NCBI GenBank assembly: GCA_046758965.1
Contig: JBHIBG010000011.1
Location: 1-53,404 of the forward strand
Source: Candidatus Methylomirabilia bacterium
GTDB lineage: Bacteria; Methylomirabilota; Methylomirabilia; Rokubacteriales; CSP1-6
DNA length: 53,404 nucleotides
Direction: 5' to 3'
The translations under genes and the position numbers were made by a program. Under the pieces are notes generated by a model. That model was not told the origin of the DNA and did not search any database. It saw only the letters and a program-made list of their open reading frames with translations. Below are positions 36,643-45,205 of the stretch, piece by piece. Each line of letters starts with the position of its first letter. Position 1 is the stretch's first letter.

Positions 36643-38619
36643 TCATCGGGTTCCCCGTGGCTGAGCGGGTTTTCGCCGACGGTTCGGCAGCAGAGCGTAG
36701 AGAGTGCCCACCGTGATGATGCCGCCCCCCCACCAGATCCACCCCACGAGCGGGTTCACCATGGCTTTCACCGTAGCGCTCGTGCCGTCCCTGGCGAAAT
36801 CGGTCATGACAAGATAGAAGTCCTCGCGCCAGGTGGAACGGATGGCAACCTCGGCCATGGGCTGCTGATCCCGAGGGTAATAGAGCTTGGCGGTCTCCAG
36901 CCGCGCCACCTGGTGCGTGTCGTTAAACAGGGTGAAGGCTCCGGTCACGCGGAAGTGACTCGAGGCTTCGGCCGCGGAGAGCCCCTCGAAGCGGACCCGG
37001 TAGTGCCCGAGCTCGAGAGTCTCTCCGGGAGTCAGAGTCTGTTCCAGCTGCCGGCCATACCCGGCCGAGCCGGCGATCCCGACGAAGAGCACGACCACTC
37101 CCAGATGGACGATGAAGCCACCGTATCGCCGCCGGTTTCGGGCCATGAGAGAACGAAGGGCGGGCAGAGTTCCGCCGTCGGTCGTCCGTCGGGCACGGAC
37201 TCCGCGAGAGAGATCCAGAGTCATGGTGCCGAGTACGAATGCCGAGAGGATCAGGATCAACACCACCCGCGGGTCCCGGTAGCCGAAAACGATGATGAGA
37301 AGCCCTGCAGCAAGGGCCCCGAGAGCGGGGAGCAGGAAGTTGCGCTTGAGATTGTCCGGAGAGGCCCGACGCCAGGCAATCAGCGGGCCCACTCCCATCA
37401 GCAGGAGCAGCACGACCAGGATCGGGAAGTTCACCAGGGTGAAGAACGGAGCTCCCACGCTGGCCTTGACGCCCCGGAGCGCCTCGGAGAGGAGGGGGTA
37501 GACGGTGCCGAAGAAGACCGAGAAGGTTGCGGCCAGGAGGATCACGTTGTTGAGGACGAAGGCGCTCTCTCGCGAGAGCATCGAGTCCAGCTCAACGGGC
37601 GCCTTGAGGCGGTCGCTCCTGATGGCCACGAGCCCGAACGAGACCAGGAGGACAAGGGCGATGAACGCGAGAAAAGAGGTGCCGATCGCCGGGCTCCCGG
37701 CGAAGGCATGGACCGACGAGAGGATTCCTGACCGGGTGAGGAAGGTGCCAAAGAGGGTGAGGGCAAAGGTCAGGATGATCAGCGAGAGGTTCCAGACCTT
37801 GAACATCCCCCGCCGCTCCTGGATCATCACCGAGTGGAGAAAAGCCGTGCCGGTAAGCCACGGAAGGAGCGAGGCGTTCTCGACCGGGTCCCACGCCCAG
37901 TAGCCCCCCCAGCCGAGCACGCGATACGACCACCAGGCGCCGAAGAGAATCCCCATGCTCAGGAAGTACCAGGCGGTGACGGTCCAGCGACGGGTGCTCC
38001 CGATCCAGTCGGCGTCGAGCTTCCCCCTGAGGAGGCCAGCCATTGCGAAGGCGTAGGGGATCGTGAACCCGACGTAACCCAGGTAGAGGGTGGGTGGGTG
38101 GAAAGCCATCCCCGGATTCTCCAGGAGGGGATTGAGACCGCGGCCGTCAGCGGGAATCGGGCTCATCTGCTCGAACGGGCTGGAAAAGAAGGCCATGAGC
38201 CCCAGAAAGAACGCCGAGACCGCGAGGAGTACGACGATAACATACGGAAGCAGGTCCGGATGACGAGCCCGGTACAGAAGGACCACGACCACGGCAAACC
38301 CGGCGAGCAGCCACTCCCAGAGGAGAAGCGATCCCTCCAGGGCTCCCCAGAGCGCGCTGATTTTGTAAAGGATCGGCGTCCCGCGACTCGAGTTGAGGGC
38401 GACATAGCGGAGGCCGAAGTCGTCGGTGAGCAGGGCCCACTCGAGGATCGCCATGCCGATGGTAACCAGGAGGAACAACCCCACGACCGCAGCCCGAGCG
38501 CTCGCGGCCCCGGCGGGACTCTCCCTGCGCGCCCCCAGCCAGGCGGCGAGCATCCCGTAGAGCGAAAGCCCGAGCCCCAACAGTAGGCTCCAGTGACCAA
38601 CCGTCGCCATGGCATCCAT
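36643..38619 (-). CDS. ccmF: Cytochrome c heme lyase CcmF/NrfE
   Basis: WG..EGS, GLNPLL, HPP.LY.GY, WGGYWAWDPVENAS, RSG..SVHAF. Confidence 0.96.
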   Translation of the reverse strand: MDAMATVGHWSLLLGLGLSLYGMLAAWLGARRESPAGAASARAAVVGLFLLVTIGMAILEWALLTDDFGLRYVALNSSRGTPILYKISALWGALEGSLLLWEWLLAGFAVVVVLLYRARHPDLLPYVIVVLLAVSAFFLGLMAFFSSPFEQMSPIPADGRGLNPLLENPGMAFHPPTLYLGYVGFTIPYAFAMAGLLRGKLDADWIGSTRRWTVTAWYFLSMGILFGAWWSYRVLGWGGYWAWDPVENASLLPWLTGTAFLHSVMIQERRGMFKVWNLSLIILTFALTLFGTFLTRSGILSSVHAFAGSPAIGTSFLAFIALVLLVSFGLVAIRSDRLKAPVELDSMLSRESAFVLNNVILLAATFSVFFGTVYPLLSEALRGVKASVGAPFFTLVNFPILVVLLLLMGVGPLIAWRRASPDNLKRNFLLPALGALAAGLLIIVFGYRDPRVVLILILSAFVLGTMTLDLSRGVRARRTTDGGTLPALRSLMARNRRRYGGFIVHLGVVVLFVGIAGSAGYGRQLEQTLTPGETLELGHYRVRFEGLSAAEASSHFRVTGAFTLFNDTHQVARLETAKLYYPRDQQPMAEVAIRSTWREDFYLVMTDFARDGTSATVKAMVNPLVGWIWWGGGIITVGTLYALLPNRRRKPAQPRGTR

Positions 38620-38675
38620 GTGGTCGACCCGCTCGTTGATAAAGTTTCGTTCGGGTCGGTCTCAAGGAGGTGGCG

Positions 38676-38691
38676 AGCAAGCCTTATGCCA
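38676..38691 (-). promoter_or_regulatory. Sigma54 promoter for ccmF-H-I and the two-component genes
   Basis: TGGCATAAGGCTTGCT on the - strand; near-IHF site AATCAAGCGTTTT at 38720-38732. Confidence 0.8.
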
Positions 38692-38766
38692 GCGCGGTCC
38701 GTAAAGATACCTTGCGGAAAATCAAGCGTTTTTATGGTCAGAGGCTGAAGGAAACAGTTCTGCCAG

Positions 38767-38802
38767 GGGCGTCTGCGCCTCACCTGTGGGGATTTTGCCC
38801 CA
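38767..38802. promoter_or_regulatory. Tandem palindromic enhancer between divergent sigma54 promoters
   Basis: gggcgtctgcgcctca-cctg-TGGGGATTTTGCCCCA. Confidence 0.7.
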
Positions 38803-38913
38803 CTCCTTGCGCGCTCCCCGCGGCCCTAGAGAGAACGAGCATTTGCCCGCGCGCCCAATTCTGTTCGGAAAATTCGGTCACCTAGCCGACACCGACAAAA
38901 CCGGGCGAGCCGT

Positions 38914-38929
38914 TGGCACTTTCCTTGCT
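38914..38929 (+). promoter_or_regulatory. Sigma54 promoter for ccsA/hemX-hemA
   Basis: TGGCACTTTCCTTGCT. Confidence 0.8.
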
Positions 38930-39015
38930 CGACGGAGGCCTGAGGAAGCCCTCGCGCTCAGGCTGGCCCGTATGAGAGGAGAAGACGGAATGCTCAACAG
39001 GAAGCGGGACCGGGC

Positions 39016-39834
39016 GTGGCCTTGAACTCGCTGCCTTTCAGCCTTGCCCTCGCGGCCTATTTCGTAGCCACGGGCCTGGCTCTAGCCTACCTGATCAGCC
39101 GGCGGGACGGGCTCCACCGCCTTGCCTCGCTGGCCGCGCTGGCGGGCTGGGTCTTCCACACCCTCGCTCTCGTGGTGCGCGGGCTCGAGCTGAACCGGCC
39201 GCCGCTTGCGACGCTGTCCGAGGCGATCTCTGTCCTGGTCTGGGCTTCGGTCCTGCTCACCCTGTGGGCCGAGCGCCGGTATGGCGTCAAGGTCCTGAGC
39301 GCCTTTGTGCTCCCGGTGGTCCTTTCCTTCAGTCTCTCCACTGTCACGTTCCCTGGGAGCGTCGGGGATCTAGCGCCGGCGCTCACGAGCGTCTGGATCT
39401 CGGTCCACGTCGTGCTCGCACTCTTGGGCATTTCGGCCTTTGTCTTGAACTTTGCCGGCGGGATCATGTACCTGCTTCAGGAGCGCCAGCTCAAGTCCAA
39501 GCGGCCCGGAGCCCTTTACTACCGGCTCCCCTCGCTGGAGACCCTCGACCGTATCACGTTGAGAGCGCTGACCCTTGGGTTTCCGTTCCTCAGCGCGGGG
39601 CTGGTCTTGGGTGCGGCGCGCGCCGGCACGGCATGGGAACGCTTCTTCACCGTCGATCCGCTCGTCATCTTCTCCTGCATCGCGTGGGGCATTTACGCCA
39701 TGACCCTGTCAGGATGGGTTGTGGCCGGCTGGCGCGGGCGCCGCGCCGCCTACTTCGCGATCGTGGGATTCGCCGCCCTCCTCTTGACCCTGGGGACCGG
39801 GTTCCTTCTCCCCGGGCGCCATGGCGGGTCCTGA
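39016..39834 (+). CDS. CcsA/HemX-like cytochrome c assembly family membrane protein
   Basis: About 8 TM helices, WISVHV, YLLQERQLK.K, RLPSLE.LD, GWRGRR; translationally coupled to hemA. Confidence 0.85.
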   Translation: MALNSLPFSLALAAYFVATGLALAYLISRRDGLHRLASLAALAGWVFHTLALVVRGLELNRPPLATLSEAISVLVWASVLLTLWAERRYGVKVLSAFVLPVVLSFSLSTVTFPGSVGDLAPALTSVWISVHVVLALLGISAFVLNFAGGIMYLLQERQLKSKRPGALYYRLPSLETLDRITLRALTLGFPFLSAGLVLGAARAGTAWERFFTVDPLVIFSCIAWGIYAMTLSGWVVAGWRGRRAAYFAIVGFAALLLTLGTGFLLPGRHGGS

Positions 39835-41138
39835 TGGGGACGCTATTCGTCTCGGGCCTGAACTACCGGACCGCCCCCGTCGAGTTCCGCGAGCGGCTCG
39901 CGGTCGAGGCTGAAAGGCTACCGGAAACCCTCCGGTTCGCTCAGGCCACCGGGGTCCTGTCGGAGCTCATGATCCTCTCCACGTGCAACCGGGTGGAGGT
40001 CTACGGGGTGGCCGAGGTGGTCGACCAGGCACGCAGTCTGGCTTTCAGCCTCCTCTGCCAGCAGCGGGGCGTGGAGCTGGCCTCGCTGGAGCCGATGCTC
40101 TACACCAAGACGGGCGTTGAGGCCGCGCATCACTGCTTTCGCGTGGCCGCGAGCCTCGACTCCATGATCCTCGGGGAGTCGCAGATCCTGGGCCAGGTCA
40201 AGGACGCCTTCGGCCTGGCCCAGCGCTGCCAGACCGTGGGCCCACTCCTTCACGGGTTGATGACTCAGGCCTTCGCGGTCGCGAAGACGGTGAGGACCGA
40301 GACCGATCTGACGCGCCATGCCGTGTCGGTCTCCTCCGCGGCTGTGGAGCTGGCAAAAAAGATCTTCGGAGGGCTTCGCGCAAAATCAGCGCTCCTGATC
40401 GGGGCAGGCGAGATGGGGGAGCTGGCCGCCAAACACCTCGTGGACCAGGGGGTGTTCCCCCTGTATGTGGCCAACCGCACCTGGAGCCGAGCGGTAGGGC
40501 TCTCCCGGGCGCTGCGCGGGAGTGCGGTTCCCTTAGACGGGTGCCGGGAGGCTCTAGCCCGGGTGGATATCGTGATCACCTCCACCGGAGCTCCGGAACC
40601 CATCATCAGGAAGGAAGATGTCCAGCAAGCCCTCCCCGCCCGTCGCTCCCGGCCGCTCTTCTTCGTTGACATCGCGGTGCCCCGGGATGTGGAGTCGGGA
40701 GTCAACGACTTGGAGAATGTCTTCTGTTACGACATCGATGATCTCCGCCACGTGGTTGAGGCCAACCTTCGCGAGCGGCGCCGCGAGGCGCAGAAGGCCG
40801 AAGCCCTGGTGGAGCGGGAGGTCCGCAAGTTCATTTCCCGGCTCAAGGACCTGGAGGTGGTCCCCACCATCGTGTCGCTCCGGGAGAAGCTGGAGAGCAT
40901 CCGTCAACGCGAGGTGGCTAAAGCGCTGGCTCGGCTTCCCGAGGCCTCCCCCGAGACGCGGGCGGCCCTCGACGGCCTTTCCAGCGCGATCGTCAATAAG
41001 ATCCTCCATGCTCCCACCGTGAAGCTCCGAGAGTCCTCCCGGGCCGGCCGTGCCCGCCGGTGGATGCTGCTGGTCTCAGAGCTCTTCGTCCTCGATGGAG
41101 CTTCAGCTGGGCGCGGTAGAGACCAGCAACGCTCGTGA
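39834..41138 (+). CDS. hemA: Glutamyl-tRNA reductase
   Basis: GLNYRTAPVE.RE, STCNRVE, SLDSMILGESQILGQVK, GAGEM, DIAVPRDV. Confidence 0.97.
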   Translation: MGTLFVSGLNYRTAPVEFRERLAVEAERLPETLRFAQATGVLSELMILSTCNRVEVYGVAEVVDQARSLAFSLLCQQRGVELASLEPMLYTKTGVEAAHHCFRVAASLDSMILGESQILGQVKDAFGLAQRCQTVGPLLHGLMTQAFAVAKTVRTETDLTRHAVSVSSAAVELAKKIFGGLRAKSALLIGAGEMGELAAKHLVDQGVFPLYVANRTWSRAVGLSRALRGSAVPLDGCREALARVDIVITSTGAPEPIIRKEDVQQALPARRSRPLFFVDIAVPRDVESGVNDLENVFCYDIDDLRHVVEANLRERRREAQKAEALVEREVRKFISRLKDLEVVPTIVSLREKLESIRQREVAKALARLPEASPETRAALDGLSSAIVNKILHAPTVKLRESSRAGRARRWMLLVSELFVLDGASAGRGRDQQRS

Positions 41139-41413
41139 CGGTCCAGATCGGGGGCGTCAGGAAGAGTTTCGGGGCGAGAGTTGTCCTCGACTCGGTGGAC
41201 CTGTCGGCGGAGCGGGGCGGGATCGTCGTGCTCCTCGGCCCGGACGGCGCCGGAAAGACCACGCTCCTGAAGATCGTGGCGACCCTCCTCCGCGGAGCGG
41301 GCCCGGACTTTTTCCGCTGGCATGAAGCGCCGCCTGGCCCTGGCGCGGACCTTGCCCGCGAAGCCGGCAGTTCTGCTCCTGTCTACGCGCTCTACACGAA
41401 GGATGCCGGGTGA
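41135..41413 (+). pseudogene. ccmA: Degraded CcmA-like heme-exporter ABC ATPase
   Basis: Walker A GPDGAGKTT; after a large deletion and frame change, 41301-41381 reads ARTFSAGMKRRLALARTLPAKPAVLLL; Walker B acidic residues lost. Confidence 0.75.
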
Positions 41414-41755
41414 CCTAGCTGGTTCTAGAGCGTCTCGGGATTCGCTCTGCCCTTACGACCCCGATGCCGAAGGGATCTAACAGCAATTGGAACCGAGGCC
41501 GGCAGTACGAGGTGTCGTTCGTTGCGGAGCAGGTTGGGACGTAACAGCTTGCGTGTTCCACCCATGCGCCGACCATGGTGGCAAACGTCCTGGTTCTGCC
41601 CCATCGCTGAAGGTTTCGCGGTGTAGTTCGCCGCCTGGGGTGACCTAGCCCGCCTGGGGTTCCGGTGCCCCAGGTGAGGCATGCGTTCCCCCCCGGGCCC
41701 TCTCCGAGATTTCGGGCTCGGCCCGATCTTTTCTATACTTAGGGCGTGCAGGGAT

Positions 41756-41771
41756 TGGCGCGGGTCTTGCT
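41756..41771 (+). promoter_or_regulatory. Sigma54 promoter of the molybdoenzyme operon
   Basis: TGGCGCGGGTCTTGCT. Confidence 0.75.
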
Positions 41772-41891
41772 GCGCTCTTTGTCAAGTGACTGCTGTGTGC
41801 GGGTCTCCGCCTTTTGCGGGGCAAGGAAGACACCCGGCGAGGGAGCTTGGCGCTCTGGCCGCGGCGAGAGAGAGCAGGGGAGGGAAGCGAA

Positions 41892-44450
41892 ATGAAAGTT
41901 TCACGGCGAGCGTTCTTGAAGGTTTCGGCTGCAGCCGGGGCAGGAGCAGCGGCGGCAAGTCAGATCTTCAAGCCGGCAGCCTTGAGCCAGCAACAGGTCT
42001 CACCGGCCGGCCATCAAGAGGAATGGGTGCCCACGACCTGCTGGATCGGCAAGCAGGATTGCGGCATCCTTGCGCGCCGGGTCAACGGGCGCGTCGTCAA
42101 GCTCGAGGGCAACCCGCTGCATCCGCGGAACGTTGGGACCCTTTGCCCGAAGGGGCAGGCCCAGATCATGGCCCTGTACGACCCCAACCGGGTGAAGGCC
42201 CCCCTGGTCCGGACCAACGAGAAAGGAGTGGCAGGGAAGTGGCGACAGGTCTCGTGGGACGAGGCCCTGACACTGGTGGCGGAAAAGATCAAGGAGGTCC
42301 GGAAGCGTGACAAGCGACTCCTGGTCTGGCAGAAAGGGCGGAGCAAGGCCAAGGCGTTCTACGACAAGGCGTTTGTCAAGGCGTCCGGGGCGACCAAGCT
42401 CCACCACGGCGCCTACTGCTCCGACGCCGGCTATCGGGCTGGGGAGTACATGATCGGGCTGCACGGGGTGCTGCACCCAGACTTCCGCCACTGCCGGTAT
42501 CTCCTGTCCTGGGGCTGGAACATCACCAACGCCGGCGGCAACAAGACCTGCTGGCTTACCTGGCCCCGGCAGCTCACCGCGGCGAAAGAGGGCGGGATGA
42601 AGGTGGTGGCGATCGATCCCCGGCTGAGGAGCGCGGGGCCCTTCGCCGATGAATGGCTCCCGATCCGGCCCCAGACTGACCTGGCGCTGGCGCTTGCCAT
42701 CTCAAATGTCCTGATCGACTCCGGCTACATCGACCAGGAGTACCTCAGGAAGCACACCAACGCCTCGTTCCTGGTCAAAGAGGACGGCTTCTTCCTCCGC
42801 GTTGACGGCAAGGAGCAGGTGTGGGATCCGGCGGCGGGAAAGGCCAAGCCGTTCGACGCCAAGGGCGTGGTGCCAGCGTTGGAGGGCGCCTACACGATCG
42901 GCGGCGTGAAGGTGAAGCCGGCCTTCCAGCTCTTCAGGGAGCACGTGGCGGAGGCGACGCCGGAGTGGGCGGGAGAGATCTGCAGCGTTCCGGCAGAGAC
43001 CATTCAACGAGTCGCCCTGGAGCTCGGGCAGAACGCCATGATCGGGAGCACCGTCGTTCTCGACGGCGTGAGGCTTCCGTACCGGCCGGTCTCGTGCATG
43101 GCCTACCACATGACGCAGACTGAACTCGGCTTCGAGACGATCCGCGCCATGATTATGGTCTTCATGCTCCTGGGCGCCTTCGGAGCTGTCGGCGGAGTCC
43201 AGATCGACTACGGCTGGAAGACCCACAAAAATTACAAGAAGCTGGACGGGATCAGGATCAAGGACCCGCCGTACAACATCTACCTCAAAGACTCGAAGTT
43301 CTACCCCATCAACAGCAACCTCTCCGGGGTGGTGGCCAAGGTGATGCAGAACCCGGAAAAATACGGGGTTGACTATACCCCGGAGGTTCTGATCCTTCAC
43401 ATGACCAACCCCCTGCTCTCCTTTTGCTCGCAACCGGACTTCATCGAGTCCTACAAGAAGTTCAAGTTCGTGGCGGTCATCGACCCGTGGCTCTCTGAGA
43501 CGGCGGACTACTTCGCCGACGTGGTGCTGCCAGCCGCTACCATCGAGAAGTACGAGGGGCCGATCAACGCCACAGACCAGTATGTGGCCGCCGTCACACT
43601 CAGGGTGCCTCCCATGAAGCCGCTCTTCCGGAGCCGGGGCGATATCGATATCTACCTCGACCTCTGCGAGAAGGCGGGGATCCTCTACGGGAAGGGGGGG
43701 TACCTGGACCAGATCAACAAGGCCCTCAAGCTGAAGACCCCGTACAACCTGGATCTCCACACCAAGCCCGCGGTAAGAGAGATCTTCGACCGCTGGGCCA
43801 AGGGGCAGGGGATCGAGGACGGAGTGGCCTACTTCGAGAAGCACGGGGTCAAGATCAAGGGGCCCGTGCCGGCCACCAGGTACTACGGGTACGCGGTGGA
43901 TCCTCCCTTCGGCGGCCTCCGCCATCGTCTCTACGGTGAGTCGCTGCTCCGCTACCGGGAGGAGATGAAGGCCAAGGGGGCGGAGGAGATCTACTGGCAG
44001 GACTACAGACCCCTGCCGACCTGGCGGCCGCCAACCATGGAAGGCTCGCCGCCGGAGTATGACCTGATACTCATCAGCTACAAGCTCGTGGAGTTCAAGC
44101 AGTCCCGGGCGAGCTTCATCCCCCTCCTGGCCGAGCTGGCCCCGGAGCAGCGTCTCGATATCAACCCCAAAACGGCGGAGGCGAGGGGGATCCAGGACGG
44201 GGACATGGTCTGGATAGAGTCCCACAACGCTGTCACCGGGGAGACGAGAAAGGTGCAGGTGCGGGCCCGGCTGACCGAGGGGATCAGGCCTGACACCGTG
44301 GGGATGCCTCACCATTACGGGATGTGGACCCACCCCTGGGCCAAGGGGCAGGGTCCCACTGCCAACGTCCTCTTCTTCACCGGTGAGGGTTATGTCAGCA
44401 ACAGTGCGGACCAGTCCTTTCAGGTGAAGGTGCGGGTCGACAAGGCCTAG
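41892..44450 (+). CDS. Tat-exported Mo/W-bisPGD oxidoreductase catalytic subunit, ArrA/ArxA/PsrA-like
   Basis: Tat motif SRRAFLK; TTCWIGKQDC-X27-CPKG; HHGAYCSD (putative Cys ligand); SETA.FADVVLP; C-terminal molybdopterin-binding domain. Confidence 0.93.
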   Translation: MKVSRRAFLKVSAAAGAGAAAASQIFKPAALSQQQVSPAGHQEEWVPTTCWIGKQDCGILARRVNGRVVKLEGNPLHPRNVGTLCPKGQAQIMALYDPNRVKAPLVRTNEKGVAGKWRQVSWDEALTLVAEKIKEVRKRDKRLLVWQKGRSKAKAFYDKAFVKASGATKLHHGAYCSDAGYRAGEYMIGLHGVLHPDFRHCRYLLSWGWNITNAGGNKTCWLTWPRQLTAAKEGGMKVVAIDPRLRSAGPFADEWLPIRPQTDLALALAISNVLIDSGYIDQEYLRKHTNASFLVKEDGFFLRVDGKEQVWDPAAGKAKPFDAKGVVPALEGAYTIGGVKVKPAFQLFREHVAEATPEWAGEICSVPAETIQRVALELGQNAMIGSTVVLDGVRLPYRPVSCMAYHMTQTELGFETIRAMIMVFMLLGAFGAVGGVQIDYGWKTHKNYKKLDGIRIKDPPYNIYLKDSKFYPINSNLSGVVAKVMQNPEKYGVDYTPEVLILHMTNPLLSFCSQPDFIESYKKFKFVAVIDPWLSETADYFADVVLPAATIEKYEGPINATDQYVAAVTLRVPPMKPLFRSRGDIDIYLDLCEKAGILYGKGGYLDQINKALKLKTPYNLDLHTKPAVREIFDRWAKGQGIEDGVAYFEKHGVKIKGPVPATRYYGYAVDPPFGGLRHRLYGESLLRYREEMKAKGAEEIYWQDYRPLPTWRPPTMEGSPPEYDLILISYKLVEFKQSRASFIPLLAELAPEQRLDINPKTAEARGIQDGDMVWIESHNAVTGETRKVQVRARLTEGIRPDTVGMPHHYGMWTHPWAKGQGPTANVLFFTGEGYVSNSADQSFQVKVRVDKA

Positions 44451-44455
44451 AGGAG

Positions 44456-45202
44456 ATGAGCGCAATGGCCAGATACGGAATGATGGTTGACCTCGATCGC
44501 TGCACGGGGTGCCGGGCGTGCATGGAGGCGTGCAAGGTGGAGAACAACACTCCCGAAGCCAACTTCTTCATGTACGTTTTCCGCTTCGAGGAAGGGGAGT
44601 TCCCGAACACCCATATCTGGTTCATGCCTCGTCCCTGCATGCACTGTGACAACCCTCCCTGCGTGAAGGTCTGCCCGGTCGGCGCGCGCTTCAAGCGCGA
44701 AGACGGCCTGGTGGCTACCGATACCGACCGCTGCATCGGCTGCCGCTACTGCGAGGTGGCCTGTCCCTACGGGGTCAACTACTTCAACTGGAAGAGCCCG
44801 AAGAAGGCGCACTACCTGGACTGGGATCACGCGGAGCTGAAACCCGTCACGAACGGCGACAGCCCGCCGTACAAGAATCCTGACCTCGACGCGAGGTATG
44901 GCAGGGAGCAGCGGCGCACGGCTGGAGGCGGCCATCACAAAGGGGTCATTGAGAAATGCACGTTCTGCATCCATCGGGTGGAGAAGGGGATGAAACCCGC
45001 GTGCGTGGCCACCTGCCCCGTCTTCGCGCTCCGATTCGGGGACTTGGACGATCCCAACAGTGAGGTTTCCACGCTCCTTCAGAAGAAGCCCCACTTCAGG
45101 CTCCTGGAGGCAGCAGGGACCCGACCGAGGGTCTTCTACACAGGAGGTCATCCTCCTGGTTCCGAGGTCCGCCAGATCGAAGAAATCAGAGGGAGGGCGT
45201 GA
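44456..45202 (+). CDS. Four-cluster [4Fe-4S] subunit (PsrB/ArrB/NrfC/DmsB family)
   Basis: CTGCRACMEAC, CMHCDNPPCVKVC, CIGCRYCEVAC, CTFC...CVATC. Confidence 0.95.
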   Translation: MSAMARYGMMVDLDRCTGCRACMEACKVENNTPEANFFMYVFRFEEGEFPNTHIWFMPRPCMHCDNPPCVKVCPVGARFKREDGLVATDTDRCIGCRYCEVACPYGVNYFNWKSPKKAHYLDWDHAELKPVTNGDSPPYKNPDLDARYGREQRRTAGGGHHKGVIEKCTFCIHRVEKGMKPACVATCPVFALRFGDLDDPNSEVSTLLQKKPHFRLLEAAGTRPRVFYTGGHPPGSEVRQIEEIRGRA

Positions 45203-45205
45203 GCC

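Noticed and set aside
39264..39833. Apparent N-terminal extension of HemA
   Set aside because: Overlaps the ccsA-like gene in another frame; HemA homology begins at ATG 39834.
41500..41740. Enhancer for the molybdoenzyme promoter matching the 52051 motif
   Set aside because: Only weak partial matches were found by eye.
41892..44450. Naming the enzyme arrA, arxA or psrA
   Set aside because: Diagnostic motifs differ and a phylogeny could not be run.
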